Shown: one piece after another, positions 27,986-37,628 of the stretch | Layout of the letters: every line of letters starts with the position of its first letter | How positions within the stretch are numbered: the stretch's first letter is position 1 | Source: a candidate division WWE3 bacterium | GTDB taxonomy: Bacteria; Patescibacteriota; WWE3; UBA101185; UBA10185 | DNA length: 64,000 bases | Assembly: GCA_014729135.1 (NCBI GenBank) | Contig: WJKK01000001.1 | Span: forward strand, 128,593 to 192,592 | Reading direction: 5' to 3' | Notes under the pieces: generated by a model | What the model saw: the letters and a program-made list of their open reading frames with translations, nothing else | Told to the model about the DNA's origin: nothing | Databases searched by the model: none | Made by a program: the position numbers and the translations under genes

Positions 27986-29464
27986 ATGTGGCCGAAAAAA
28001 CCAAAAGAAATAAGTAAAATTCATGTAATTCTATTCCTGCTGGGAATCTTCATCTTGTATACTCCCCCAATAGATCCGGATTTCGGGTGGCACTTCAAAT
28101 ACGGGGAATTTATTGTCCAAAACAAAGCTATCCCTAAACAAAACCTATTTTCCTACACTATGCCAAATTACAGGTGGGCAAATTCTTATTGGATATCAGA
28201 AGTTATTTTATATTTAACATACTCAACTTTAGGAACGCTAGGTGCAGGATTACTGTTAGCAGGCCTTGTAACTTTCATCACAATTAAGATACTTGAAAAT
28301 TACTTCAAGGATCAAAAAAACAGCACTATAAATCGATTCTCTAAAAACTTAATACTAAGCATAAGCAGTCTAATAATTTTCGTTTACTATGGATATGCTG
28401 CTGTACCCTGCAGACCTTTGCTGGCAAGTACTATCTTTCTTCTTGTCCTCACTTACACCCTTCTAGAAAAAAAGGAAAACATCAAATGGCTTCCATTTCT
28501 ATTCTTGACATGGGCTAATATGCATGCCGATTTTACTTTAGGTCTGGCAATCCTGGGAATATATAACTTGCAAATCCTTATTCAAGGGGGAATTAAAAAA
28601 GATAATATGAAAGTGCACTTAATTTCGCTGCTTTGTGTAATTATCACCGTAATTAATCCTTATGGAGTTAGGTTGCATGAAACTCTCCTTAAAGAAACCC
28701 ATCCCCTGCAGTTTAAACACATAGTTGAGTGGCTCCCCCTGGTTAAAAAAGACTTCATGACCTTTTATTTTGTAACAATGGGTCTGTTTTGGGCAGCTAT
28801 CTTACAGATTAAAAACATGAAAAAACATATTTGGTATCTAATTGTAGTAACAGCATTTTTCATAGCGTCTATAAGATCCACCTATTTCATTCGGATTTTT
28901 GTGATATTGGCAATATTTCCTTTTGTGGATTTTTGCAAAGAATGGCTGAGTGAAATAAAAAGCTTATTTAGAAAAAATGAAAGAATGCGCATAAAAAAGG
29001 CTTATAACTACACAAGCTTTGCAATTTTTCTAATTTTTGGAGGAAGTTTTGCGATAAATGTTTATGAAGGCAGGCATCCTGAAATATGGCAGAAAAAAGC
29101 AGGATATCCTTATGACGATGTTCAATATATAAAAGAAAATCCTGAAAAATTTAAAGGGAGGATGTTTAACGAATACTCTTGGGGAGGCTATCTTATTTGG
29201 CAACTCCCTGAACATAAAACTTTTATAGATGGGCGTATGCCCTCCTGGAGGGACGATGAAAATAACTCGGTTTTTGAAGAATACATTAAAATAACCAAAA
29301 AACTAGAAAACCGAGAGGCTCTACTAGAAAAACATGAAATCAAATGGATCCTAATGGAAAAAGATTCCAAATTACCAAAACTACTTGAAGAAACAAATGG
29401 CGATAATTGGTACCTCTTAAAACAAAGTCAATCTACATACTTACTTAAAAAAAGAGAGCAATAG
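27986..29464 (+). CDS. Polytopic GT-C-like membrane protein
   Basis: DPDFGWH, WANMHADF, INPYG, WGGYL, FIDGR; many TMs. Confidence 0.75.
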   Translation: MWPKKPKEISKIHVILFLLGIFILYTPPIDPDFGWHFKYGEFIVQNKAIPKQNLFSYTMPNYRWANSYWISEVILYLTYSTLGTLGAGLLLAGLVTFITIKILENYFKDQKNSTINRFSKNLILSISSLIIFVYYGYAAVPCRPLLASTIFLLVLTYTLLEKKENIKWLPFLFLTWANMHADFTLGLAILGIYNLQILIQGGIKKDNMKVHLISLLCVIITVINPYGVRLHETLLKETHPLQFKHIVEWLPLVKKDFMTFYFVTMGLFWAAILQIKNMKKHIWYLIVVTAFFIASIRSTYFIRIFVILAIFPFVDFCKEWLSEIKSLFRKNERMRIKKAYNYTSFAIFLIFGGSFAINVYEGRHPEIWQKKAGYPYDDVQYIKENPEKFKGRMFNEYSWGGYLIWQLPEHKTFIDGRMPSWRDDENNSVFEEYIKITKKLENREALLEKHEIKWILMEKDSKLPKLLEETNGDNWYLLKQSQSTYLLKKREQ

Positions 29465-31209
29465 TGAACATTTTAACCTATATTCTTAGCCTATTTGTAA
29501 TTATCTATTACCTATTTAGACCCCTTGAGGGATTATTGTTTCTAATCTTCCTCATACCTATAAGATTTTTAAGAGTAAAAATAAAACTTACAGAAAAAAG
29601 CAAGAAAGCCCTGGTGATTGGGGGCATACTCGCCTATCTAACATACAGTTACTATAACACTCGGATACATTCCCATGATGGTTTAAACACACACTTAAAA
29701 TATATATTGCAAATAGCTGAAAAGGGTTTCGTAAATAGTACGGAATACCCTATAAAACCTTACTTTGGCGAAATTATTTTAGGCCATGTGTATAAAAACC
29801 TCGGATTAAGAGCCCTGAATTTAACTTTGGGAATTTTAACACTCCTAAATACCTATTTAGTGTATCAACTGCTAAAAACACTAGAAACAAAGAATGAAAA
29901 AGTAAAAAAATTGGCGTTTCTAATTTTTTTACTATCCCCAACTTTCCTTGGATTTGCATTTAAAGAATTAAAAATTGATTTGATATCTTCGGCAATACTC
30001 TTACTGGCTCTTATTAATTTCAGAAAACTTAGCTATAAAGCTTCTCACAAAAGGTACCTAGTCATCTGCCTCTTAACGGGAATTGTTATTATTACCAAAA
30101 CCTCCGCTATACCTATTGCAATAACAATCCTTATCGCGGCAACAATTAAACACTTACTTAAAAATAAAAACTCTAAAACAATAATAACGACACTCATAGG
30201 CATATCAGTGGCTATCTTACCCAGCATATTATGGGCGCTAAATTTTGGGGGAACAATACCCCAATTAGAAAACCTTGTTGATATAACTCCTCAAAGAAAT
30301 TTATTTGTTAATAGAGTATCTCTAGAAAGAGACCCCCATATTCTTGCAAAATGTAATCAAGATAAATTAAAAAAGGATTATTCTTCTTTTATATTTGGTT
30401 CCAGAACACCCCTTGTACTCTTACAACCAATCTTTTACTTAACAAGATATAAAGCATATCCTTTTAGTGTTCAGAGCATGGCTAATCCCGGGATCTTATT
30501 GTACTTTGGCTTGATAATACTGTTTCCTTACATTCTCTTTAAAAAGAAAAGTTTCTTTGGGAATTCAAAAAAAGAGATGTACTGGCTTATACTCACTCAA
30601 ACAGTTATTTTTTACATACTAGTGGGATCTGTTTTTTGGTACCTGTTACCTCTATACCCCTTTTATGCTCTTTTAACGGCAAGTTTCTTGGATCACATAA
30701 AAAATGCTAGAGTCAAAAAACTTTTCCTGGACATAACCAAAGCATCCTTAATAACAAATCTAATATATGCCCTAATACTCTCTTATATGTATATGGAACC
30801 CTTAAAAACACTTGACGAAAAAAACATAAAACAAAGTGACCTAGTAAAAATATATGAGCAAAATAAAGTAATCTCCAAATTTCGGAAAAACTTTCTGATT
30901 TTAGATGCCTCCGAACACGGACATGCCATACTTACTCCATTTGTTCCTGGAGGGGATGAATTTATAGTCAAATCCAATTATTATTTCGCGAGCTCCCCCA
31001 AAAATCCGAAAGAAATGAAAGAAGAACTAATAGAAAATGGTATAAAGTTTATTATGGCAGAAAAGGATAAGTTAGAAGATTCTTGGTATACAGATTGCCC
31101 AAAAGAAAACAATAAAAAACTTAAAAATTTTCTGGACAAACACACAGTACCCGTCTTCCCTAGAAATACTCAATATAATAATTTATTTTTCGAAATAGTA
31201 GACAAATAA
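29464..31209 (+). CDS. Polytopic GT-C (PMT/ArnT-like) glycosyltransferase
   Basis: Many TMs; DGLNTHL, KIDL, TKTSA, YLLPLYP motifs. Confidence 0.7.
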   Translation: MNILTYILSLFVIIYYLFRPLEGLLFLIFLIPIRFLRVKIKLTEKSKKALVIGGILAYLTYSYYNTRIHSHDGLNTHLKYILQIAEKGFVNSTEYPIKPYFGEIILGHVYKNLGLRALNLTLGILTLLNTYLVYQLLKTLETKNEKVKKLAFLIFLLSPTFLGFAFKELKIDLISSAILLLALINFRKLSYKASHKRYLVICLLTGIVIITKTSAIPIAITILIAATIKHLLKNKNSKTIITTLIGISVAILPSILWALNFGGTIPQLENLVDITPQRNLFVNRVSLERDPHILAKCNQDKLKKDYSSFIFGSRTPLVLLQPIFYLTRYKAYPFSVQSMANPGILLYFGLIILFPYILFKKKSFFGNSKKEMYWLILTQTVIFYILVGSVFWYLLPLYPFYALLTASFLDHIKNARVKKLFLDITKASLITNLIYALILSYMYMEPLKTLDEKNIKQSDLVKIYEQNKVISKFRKNFLILDASEHGHAILTPFVPGGDEFIVKSNYYFASSPKNPKEMKEELIENGIKFIMAEKDKLEDSWYTDCPKENNKKLKNFLDKHTVPVFPRNTQYNNLFFEIVDK

Positions 31210-31299
31210 AAACTCAAAAAATTTCTTCAAAATAATCAGCCACATCTCCGGAAACTCTCAAACCCGTCACCCAAAACAAAATGCTATAATGCCCTCACA

Positions 31300-31860
31300 A
31301 TGAGCATAATATTCTCCTCATTTATAAAAGAACCAAAAAGAACAAGCTTTGATGGCGAAGACCACGACGAAAGAATCATCTACATTCTAAGACGCAGCTT
31401 CATCACCAACTTAGACTGGATAGCAGCAGCAACAATAATGCTTCTCATCCCTTTCGCCTTAGACCTTCTTTACGCAAATGCAAGCCTCCAAAACCTACCT
31501 TCCATATCCGGCCGACTAGCCTTCATTTTAAACATCTTCTGGTACTTAATCACTTTCGGATTCATCTTTCAAAGCTTTCTAAACTGGTTTTTTAACGTCT
31601 ACATCATCACCAACAAAAAAATCGTAGACGTCGACTTTCATGGAATCCTTTACAAAAATATCTCAGAAGCAAGCCTTAAAAGGGTAGAAGACGTAACCTC
31701 CAACATAACGGGAGCCTTAAGAGTAATTTTCAACTACGGCCACGTTTACATTCAAACCTCCGCAGAAAAAAGGGAATTTGACTTTGAAGACGTCGCCAAC
31801 CCTGCCAAAATCAGAGATTTGATAGCAGATTTGTCCATGGAGGTGAAAAATGGAGCCTAA
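31300..31860 (+). CDS. Bacterial PH-domain membrane protein
   Basis: YIITNKKIVD, VEDVT, FNYGHVYIQTS motifs. Confidence 0.85.
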   Translation: MSIIFSSFIKEPKRTSFDGEDHDERIIYILRRSFITNLDWIAAATIMLLIPFALDLLYANASLQNLPSISGRLAFILNIFWYLITFGFIFQSFLNWFFNVYIITNKKIVDVDFHGILYKNISEASLKRVEDVTSNITGALRVIFNYGHVYIQTSAEKREFDFEDVANPAKIRDLIADLSMEVKNGA

Positions 31861-32077
31861 CGCGTTGTTTTTTACAGGATTTGAGACGATTTTTAGCTAT
31901 GCGCTTCTTTTTGGAGAGGCTGTGTATGTTTTGTTTGCTTTTATTACGGTCAGGCAAGTGCGCTTAATGAATGCAAGTTTTGAGACCATTATGAAGCCAG
32001 TGTTTTTGACAGTTGCACGCCTCCACTTTGTGTTTTCCCTAGGGCTTTTTCTTCTTTCATTGTTGCTGTTGCTTTAG
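31850..32077 (+). CDS. Small membrane protein (DUF5657-like)
   Basis: Two TMs around VRQVRLMN. Confidence 0.7.
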   Translation: MEPNALFFTGFETIFSYALLFGEAVYVLFAFITVRQVRLMNASFETIMKPVFLTVARLHFVFSLGLFLLSLLLLL

Positions 32078-32196
32078 TCTTTGGAAAACTTTTCAATGGA
32101 GTGGCCGGTGCGCCTTGAGAGCTTCCGGGAAAGGCGGGAAAAGAGGGAGTTACAAAGCTTTTAAAAATGGTGCCAAAAAGAGAAAACTAACAACCT

Positions 32197-34275
32197 ATGC
32201 CAAAACAATTATCCGCAAAAACCCAGGAAATAAAATCACCGCTTCCGCCTACTTCAAAGGAATTTGCAGATACTATTTCGTTTAAACCTGAAAAAGACTC
32301 TCCGCAAAGGCATAAAGGCAGTTTGTACGGAATCTACAGTATTAAAGACCAAACGGCATATGAGACGGATCTTTTAACAAAGCTGATTACGGATATTTTA
32401 AAGGAGTCTTATTATCAGTCGGAGAATGCTTCACCAATTCAAGCTTTGGAAAACGCTATTACGGAGGTGAGAGGTAAGGTTTTGAAGTTGAAGGAGACGG
32501 AGGGTGAGGAGATGTCGGGGGATCCGGTGACTAAGGAGAAAGCTATGCTGGAAACTCCGGAATCCAAAAAAGAGGATCTGAAACCTATCTTTAACATAAC
32601 TGTAGCGGCCTTGTGGGGTGATGTTTTGTATCTGGTGGAAAACGGCAAAACAGGCGGTAACACTTACATTGTAAGGGAGGGCAATTTTAAGCAGATAGAG
32701 ACGGTGAAAGAAGGCAAGTTTGCGGTGGCTACGGGAATGGTTAATCCGGGAGATGTTGTTGTTATGTCTACAAAAGAGTTTGAACTTAAGTTTCCTCCTA
32801 AAAAGCTTCTAAAGTTGAATCCAACTAAACTAAAGGAGTTGGAGTTTAACGAAGCTTGTGTAATGGTTAAGTTTGATCTGGAAGAGGGGACTAAAAAAGT
32901 GAAGGAGAGTAAGGGGCTTTTAAATTTGGGATTTGGCTCACCGGAGGGTCCGAAGGGACTGAGAGGAAAGCGGGAGAAAGGGGCTTTGCAAAAACCTGCG
33001 GGAGCTGCAGAAGCCGGGGGAAGAGTTCAAAACTTTAGGGAGTTTAAAAAAAGCTTGGGATTTGGTTTAGACCTTGGCTTGGATCTAGGAGCAAAAACCG
33101 GATTGAGAAAAATCTTTACACAGGCCAAAAAAGAGTTAAATACACCTACAAACCCCGATGAGGCAAAGCGGTTATCCGGTGAAAAGGAACGCTCCAAAGT
33201 TGAAAGCTTTCCCAAAGCAAAAAGAAGTGCAGCTACTCCAAGGAGAAAACAATTCCCTAAAAGATTGGAAGCAAGCAAAGTAGAAGCTATCAAAAAGCGA
33301 CGGAAACAAATAGTTATAGGAATCTTAGCGGCAGCTTTTGTAATAGCAATTGTTCAAACAGTGCGTGCAAAAAGACAAGAACAGGTAGAGGAAACGGAAA
33401 ATCCGGGAGGTGTGGTGGAAGGAATTGCAGAAACGAATCCTGAGGGAACTGACACAGATGAGGAGAGCCAAGAGACAGACGCCTCTCAAAATCCCCAAAA
33501 CAGTGAGATATTCTATGACATCAAAATTGTAAATGCAGATGCCAACCCTAAATACTTGGAAATTACTAAAGACAAAGTTATTGTTGCGGATGAAAACGGC
33601 ACTTTATATGCCTCTGCTGTTGATACGCCTAAATTTGAGGAAATAGCTCAATTTGAAAAAATAACCGACATGGAAATTTCAGATGAGTTGGTTTTTGTTG
33701 CAACGGAGGAAAAAGTTTATGTTTACAACACTGCTACAGAAAACACTTCAGAAATAAGTGTGAGTACTTCTAAAGCCATTTTCCCCTATCTACAAGCGCT
33801 ATATCAAGTAGAAGAAAACGAAATTTTGAAATATAATCTGAATCTGCCTGAGAATACCGAAACGGAAATCACGGAGACAGTTGAGATTTTGGACAGTTCT
33901 ACATGGGCTCAAAGTGAGAAATTTAGGGATGCTAAGGACATGGCAATTTCTATCAGCATTTTTGTGCTTACTAAAGATGACGAAATTGTAAAGTATACAA
34001 GTGGTACAAGGGGAAGTGTTGAAACTGAAAGTTCCTTAGAGGGGGCCACCGGATTAAAAACGCAGTGGGATTGGGAAAATATGTACGTTGTAAAAGGGAG
34101 TGCTTTTGTAGGGGGCAATGGTTCTAATGAGCTTTTGGTCTTAGATAAAAGCGGCAATTTTGCTAAGGTGATAGCAAGTCCTGTTTGGCAGGATTTAAGG
34201 GATGTGGCAATTTCTGCAGATGAGTCTGAAGCGTTTGTGCTGAATGGTTCGCGGGTTTATCGTGTGGAGTTGTAA
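32197..34275 (+). CDS. Hypothetical bitopic protein (degenerate PP2C-like N-domain, TM, beta-propeller-like C-domain)
   Basis: Secondary-structure pattern only; TM IVIGILAAAFVIAIV. Confidence 0.6.
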   Translation: MPKQLSAKTQEIKSPLPPTSKEFADTISFKPEKDSPQRHKGSLYGIYSIKDQTAYETDLLTKLITDILKESYYQSENASPIQALENAITEVRGKVLKLKETEGEEMSGDPVTKEKAMLETPESKKEDLKPIFNITVAALWGDVLYLVENGKTGGNTYIVREGNFKQIETVKEGKFAVATGMVNPGDVVVMSTKEFELKFPPKKLLKLNPTKLKELEFNEACVMVKFDLEEGTKKVKESKGLLNLGFGSPEGPKGLRGKREKGALQKPAGAAEAGGRVQNFREFKKSLGFGLDLGLDLGAKTGLRKIFTQAKKELNTPTNPDEAKRLSGEKERSKVESFPKAKRSAATPRRKQFPKRLEASKVEAIKKRRKQIVIGILAAAFVIAIVQTVRAKRQEQVEETENPGGVVEGIAETNPEGTDTDEESQETDASQNPQNSEIFYDIKIVNADANPKYLEITKDKVIVADENGTLYASAVDTPKFEEIAQFEKITDMEISDELVFVATEEKVYVYNTATENTSEISVSTSKAIFPYLQALYQVEENEILKYNLNLPENTETEITETVEILDSSTWAQSEKFRDAKDMAISISIFVLTKDDEIVKYTSGTRGSVETESSLEGATGLKTQWDWENMYVVKGSAFVGGNGSNELLVLDKSGNFAKVIASPVWQDLRDVAISADESEAFVLNGSRVYRVEL

Positions 34276-34307
34276 TTCGCTAACATAGAAAGTGTAGAAA
34301 CTGAAAT

Positions 34308-35069
34308 CTAACCGGCCACCTCCGTTACCGTCTTCCTTTTCAGGCGCTTACTAAGCGTAAAAGCTGAAACCTCCCAAGCACCTGCGGCATACAAAGTTTG
34401 AGCAGCTTCCGTTAACGTAGCTCCTGTAGTGCAAATGTCATCTACTAAAAGAAAACGCATTTTATTCTTCTTTAGACCGGCCATTCCCGGAACTACTTTA
34501 AAAGCTCCTTTCATGTTTTTTAAACGCTCCCTTTTGTTTAAACGATGTTGCGCTGTAGTAGTTTTTTGTCTAGTTAAAATAGAATATTGGTATGGAATCT
34601 TGTAAGCCCTCCCTAAAATTTCTGCTATTACTTTGGCTTGATTAAATCCCCTGGAATGTTTCTTACGGGTGCTTAAAGGGATGGGAATTATGTAATCAGC
34701 CTGAAACTTTATATTTCGAGCAAGCATGTCTGAAACTGCGTGTTTTGTTACCTCCCTGAGAGCTGCAAATTGCTTTTTAGAGTATTTTGCTTTGCGAATG
34801 CAGTCTCTTATCCTCTTTTCGTATACAAAGTAAGAGAAGAGGTTTAAAGAAGTCGGCAATTCTGTGGATTGCCTCCTTTGATTTAGGGCGTGTGAGGTCT
34901 TTTCGGAGTCGAAGACAAAATCTCCCTTAGCATTTTCGAATTCCAGGGGGAGTTGATAATGCCTCCGAAGCTTTCGCGACTCCCTAATACAAGCAGTGCA
35001 AAAAAGGGATCCGTAATTACCGCAGACAATACATTTTGGAGGAAAAATTAGTTTTAGTAAGTTATCCAT
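34308..35069 (-). CDS. comF: ComF family protein
   Basis: CIVC..CTAC zinc ribbon, PIPLS, RGFNQA, LVDDICTTGAT motifs. Confidence 0.92.
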   Translation of the reverse strand: MDNLLKLIFPPKCIVCGNYGSLFCTACIRESRKLRRHYQLPLEFENAKGDFVFDSEKTSHALNQRRQSTELPTSLNLFSYFVYEKRIRDCIRKAKYSKKQFAALREVTKHAVSDMLARNIKFQADYIIPIPLSTRKKHSRGFNQAKVIAEILGRAYKIPYQYSILTRQKTTTAQHRLNKRERLKNMKGAFKVVPGMAGLKKNKMRFLLVDDICTTGATLTEAAQTLYAAGAWEVSAFTLSKRLKRKTVTEVAG

Positions 35070-35081
35070 AAGTTATCCACA
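35062..35081. promoter_or_regulatory. Tandem DnaA boxes over the comF start
   Basis: TTATCCATA and TTATCCACA. Confidence 0.6.
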
Positions 35082-35241
35082 TATTTTAATTTGCTGTTAC
35101 AAAGGGGTTAATAGAATCCATTTCCTATAGTATATATTTCCCTCTCCTATAGTTTTATAAACTAACCATAAAATTATTTCAAGGGGGTATATTCTAGTTA
35201 AACTAGAGTCTCAAAAACTTTGAAAATTTATCAGGCTAAAT

Positions 35242-36246
35242 TTAATCCGTTATAGAAAGGGAAGGGTTGGGAGAAATTCGCTTAAAATCCTCCAAAGAAA
35301 GGGGAGTGAAATTGTAGAAAGCAGCAGAAGCAACTGTAGAAGCATTATCACCACATAAACGAAGCTCCGGCAAAAACAGAGGAATCTCCAATTCCTTAGC
35401 ACGAAGCTGCAAACGAGAGCGCAGCTGTGTGTTAGCGGAAACGCCTCCCCCTAACAGAATGCTTTGGACTGAAAAATCAGAAGCTGCTTTAATAGTCTTT
35501 TCCACCAAAACATCAACAACTGCCGTCTCAAATTCACAAGCCACTTCTTCAACCGGAAAATCATTTTGCGCCCACAAGCGCTTAACCGCAGTTTTTAAAC
35601 CTGAAAAAGAAAAATCGTAATTGTCCTTGTTAAGCAGAGGGCGCGGGAGACTTCCTGCAACAGAGTTTTGCTTACAGGTAGCCGCTAACTTAGAGAGCTG
35701 AGGGCCTCCCAAGTAACTTGCAATATCTAAAATTCTAGCTGTTTTATCAAAGGCTTCGCCGGCGGCGTCATCTAAAGTACCTCCTAAATATTGCAAATCG
35801 CCATGATCGTGCATTAAAACCAGATCTGTGTGACCTCCACTAACTACTAAAACCAAAGCCGGAAATTTGATGTCAGCAGGATTGTGGCTTATGAAGTTGG
35901 CGTAAAAGTGGGCAATAAGATGGTTGATAGGTACAAGCGGTTTATCTAGAGCAAGAGCTAAAGCTTTGGCAGCTTCGATACCAACAATGAGAGAACCTAT
36001 TAAACCGGGGCCTTGAGTTACGGCGATTGCATCAATTTCTTCTTTTGGAACTTCTTTGAAAACTTGATCTAAAACGGGAATCATGAAGTCGACTTGCTTT
36101 CTGGCTGCTATTTCGGGAACAACTCCTCCTGTTTTTTCATGGAAGTCTTTAGAGGAAGCTACAACAAAGGCTAGTTCAGTGGTTCCGTTTTCTACAACGG
36201 AAGCAGCCGTTTCATCACAAGATGTTTCGATACCTAAGATTTTCAT
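35242..36246 (-). CDS. tsaD: tRNA threonylcarbamoyltransferase TsaD
   Basis: ILGIETSCDET, HLIAH, VSGGHT, DDAAGEAFDK, FSFSGLKT motifs. Confidence 0.97.
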   Translation of the reverse strand: MKILGIETSCDETAASVVENGTTELAFVVASSKDFHEKTGGVVPEIAARKQVDFMIPVLDQVFKEVPKEEIDAIAVTQGPGLIGSLIVGIEAAKALALALDKPLVPINHLIAHFYANFISHNPADIKFPALVLVVSGGHTDLVLMHDHGDLQYLGGTLDDAAGEAFDKTARILDIASYLGGPQLSKLAATCKQNSVAGSLPRPLLNKDNYDFSFSGLKTAVKRLWAQNDFPVEEVACEFETAVVDVLVEKTIKAASDFSVQSILLGGGVSANTQLRSRLQLRAKELEIPLFLPELRLCGDNASTVASAAFYNFTPLSLEDFKRISPNPSLSITD

Positions 36247-36293
36247 GGAGGTATTATACTGGATGACAACTAACGAAAAAGAAAGAAAATATG

Positions 36294-36431
36294 AGGATGA
36301 TCCTCGGTGAGAGGGGTGATGGTACCTATCCCAAAAGCGGAAAGCTCTTTTCGGAGAAGGATCATCCTTACAGAAATCTTAAAAAAGATTGAGTTGGGAG
36401 GGACTTTGAGAGTTTGCAGAAGGATTATCCT
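36294..36431. repeat. Three AGGATNATCCT palindromes at 64/63-bp spacing
   Basis: Copies start at 36294, 36358 and 36421. Confidence 0.85.
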
Positions 36432-37311
36432 TGGAAGCATCGCTAATATAACCATTACTTGCCAAGCGTTTAACCAAAGAATAAAACGAAAAGTGCTCCA
36501 AAACCCCTCTAACCGAACCCTTATCTAAGCCCGAAAAAGCACAATCCTCCAAAGCCACCTCCAGATCCAGATCTGTAACAATTGTAGCCAAATCATAACT
36601 TAAAAAAGCCTCCTCCCGCTGCTGTGAAAGCTTCTTACCAACACTCCCCGAAATTTCATCCAAATTTGCATAAATCTCCTCCAAATGGCCATACGCCTTA
36701 ATCAACTTAGTAGCCGTAACTTTTCCAATGCCCTTAACCCCCGGAATGTTATCGCTGGAATCGCCGGTTAGAGCCTTGTAATCAACAACATACTCAGGAC
36801 CAAAGCCAAAATGAGCCTTAACCGCACGCGTATCAATCCAATCGGCATCCCTCCCACCCTTCTTGGGAGACATGACCAAAATACCATCATCCACCAGCTG
36901 CCATAAATCGCGATCATTAGAGCAAATCACCAACTGACCAATCTCTCCAAACTGAGCAGTTAGCGTTCCAATAACGTCGTCAGCCTCATATCCCGAAGCC
37001 ATCACTTGCTTTATTCCAAAGCCCTCCAAAAGCTCAAACAACAAAGGAATTTGCGCCTTTAACTCCTCATCCATGGGCTTGCGATGCGCTTTATAATCTT
37101 CAAATTGCTTTTTGCGCTCCACTTTTTCTTTGCTTTCCAGGGCAGCTACCGCATAATCCGGCGAAATCAAATCAAAGATGCTTAATAACATGGAGGCTGT
37201 ACCGTAAATGGCGTTAACCTGGCGATCCTTGGAGTCGGTTAAGGTGGGGGGTAAGGCGTAGTAGGCTCTATGGAAGAAGTTGAATGTGTCTATGATGAGA
37301 AATTTTTTCAT
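36379..37311 (-). CDS. Stand-alone 5'-3' exonuclease (Pol I N-domain/FEN-like)
   Basis: LIIDT, YKAHR, YEADD, DRDL, GDSSDNIPGVKGIG; C-terminal QLNLF. Confidence 0.92.
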   Translation of the reverse strand: MKKFLIIDTFNFFHRAYYALPPTLTDSKDRQVNAIYGTASMLLSIFDLISPDYAVAALESKEKVERKKQFEDYKAHRKPMDEELKAQIPLLFELLEGFGIKQVMASGYEADDVIGTLTAQFGEIGQLVICSNDRDLWQLVDDGILVMSPKKGGRDADWIDTRAVKAHFGFGPEYVVDYKALTGDSSDNIPGVKGIGKVTATKLIKAYGHLEEIYANLDEISGSVGKKLSQQREEAFLSYDLATIVTDLDLEVALEDCAFSGLDKGSVRGVLEHFSFYSLVKRLASNGYISDASKDNPSANSQSPSQLNLF

Positions 37312-37413
37312 GATTTTTTGTGGAGTTAGTATAGCAGGAGGAATTTTTAAAAAAGACACTACCACAGCTCCCTTTAGATACAGCAACATTTATTTAAAAT
37401 CTGCCTGCAAAAA

Positions 37414-37569
37414 TTAGCGTGTGCGGGAAGTGGTTACGCCCAAAGCATCCGGGGCAGCAACATCCAGTAAAGAACCTCTACTCTGCTTAGAAACCGCAAC
37501 TAACAAAAAAGCGGAAAATCCCATTAAACAAAGTAAACCTACTATAACTATGCGATCAAGTTGTTTCAT
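37414..37569 (-). CDS. 51-aa single-TM protein MKQLDRIVIVGLLCLMGFSAFLLVAVSKQSRGSLLDVAAPDALGVTTSRTR
   Basis: Manually translated; fills the intergenic gap; SD-like AGAAAGG upstream. Confidence 0.6.
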   Translation of the reverse strand: MKQLDRIVIVGLLCLMGFSAFLLVAVSKQSRGSLLDVAAPDALGVTTSRTR

Positions 37570-37628
37570 TTTTATAAAACCTTTCTTAATTTAGTAATTT
37601 TTTACGGCCTAAAAGACTAAAGAAAAAC

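Noticed and set aside
32090-32160. Purine-rich intergenic stretch as a possible ncRNA
   Set aside because: No convincing structure or recognisable motif
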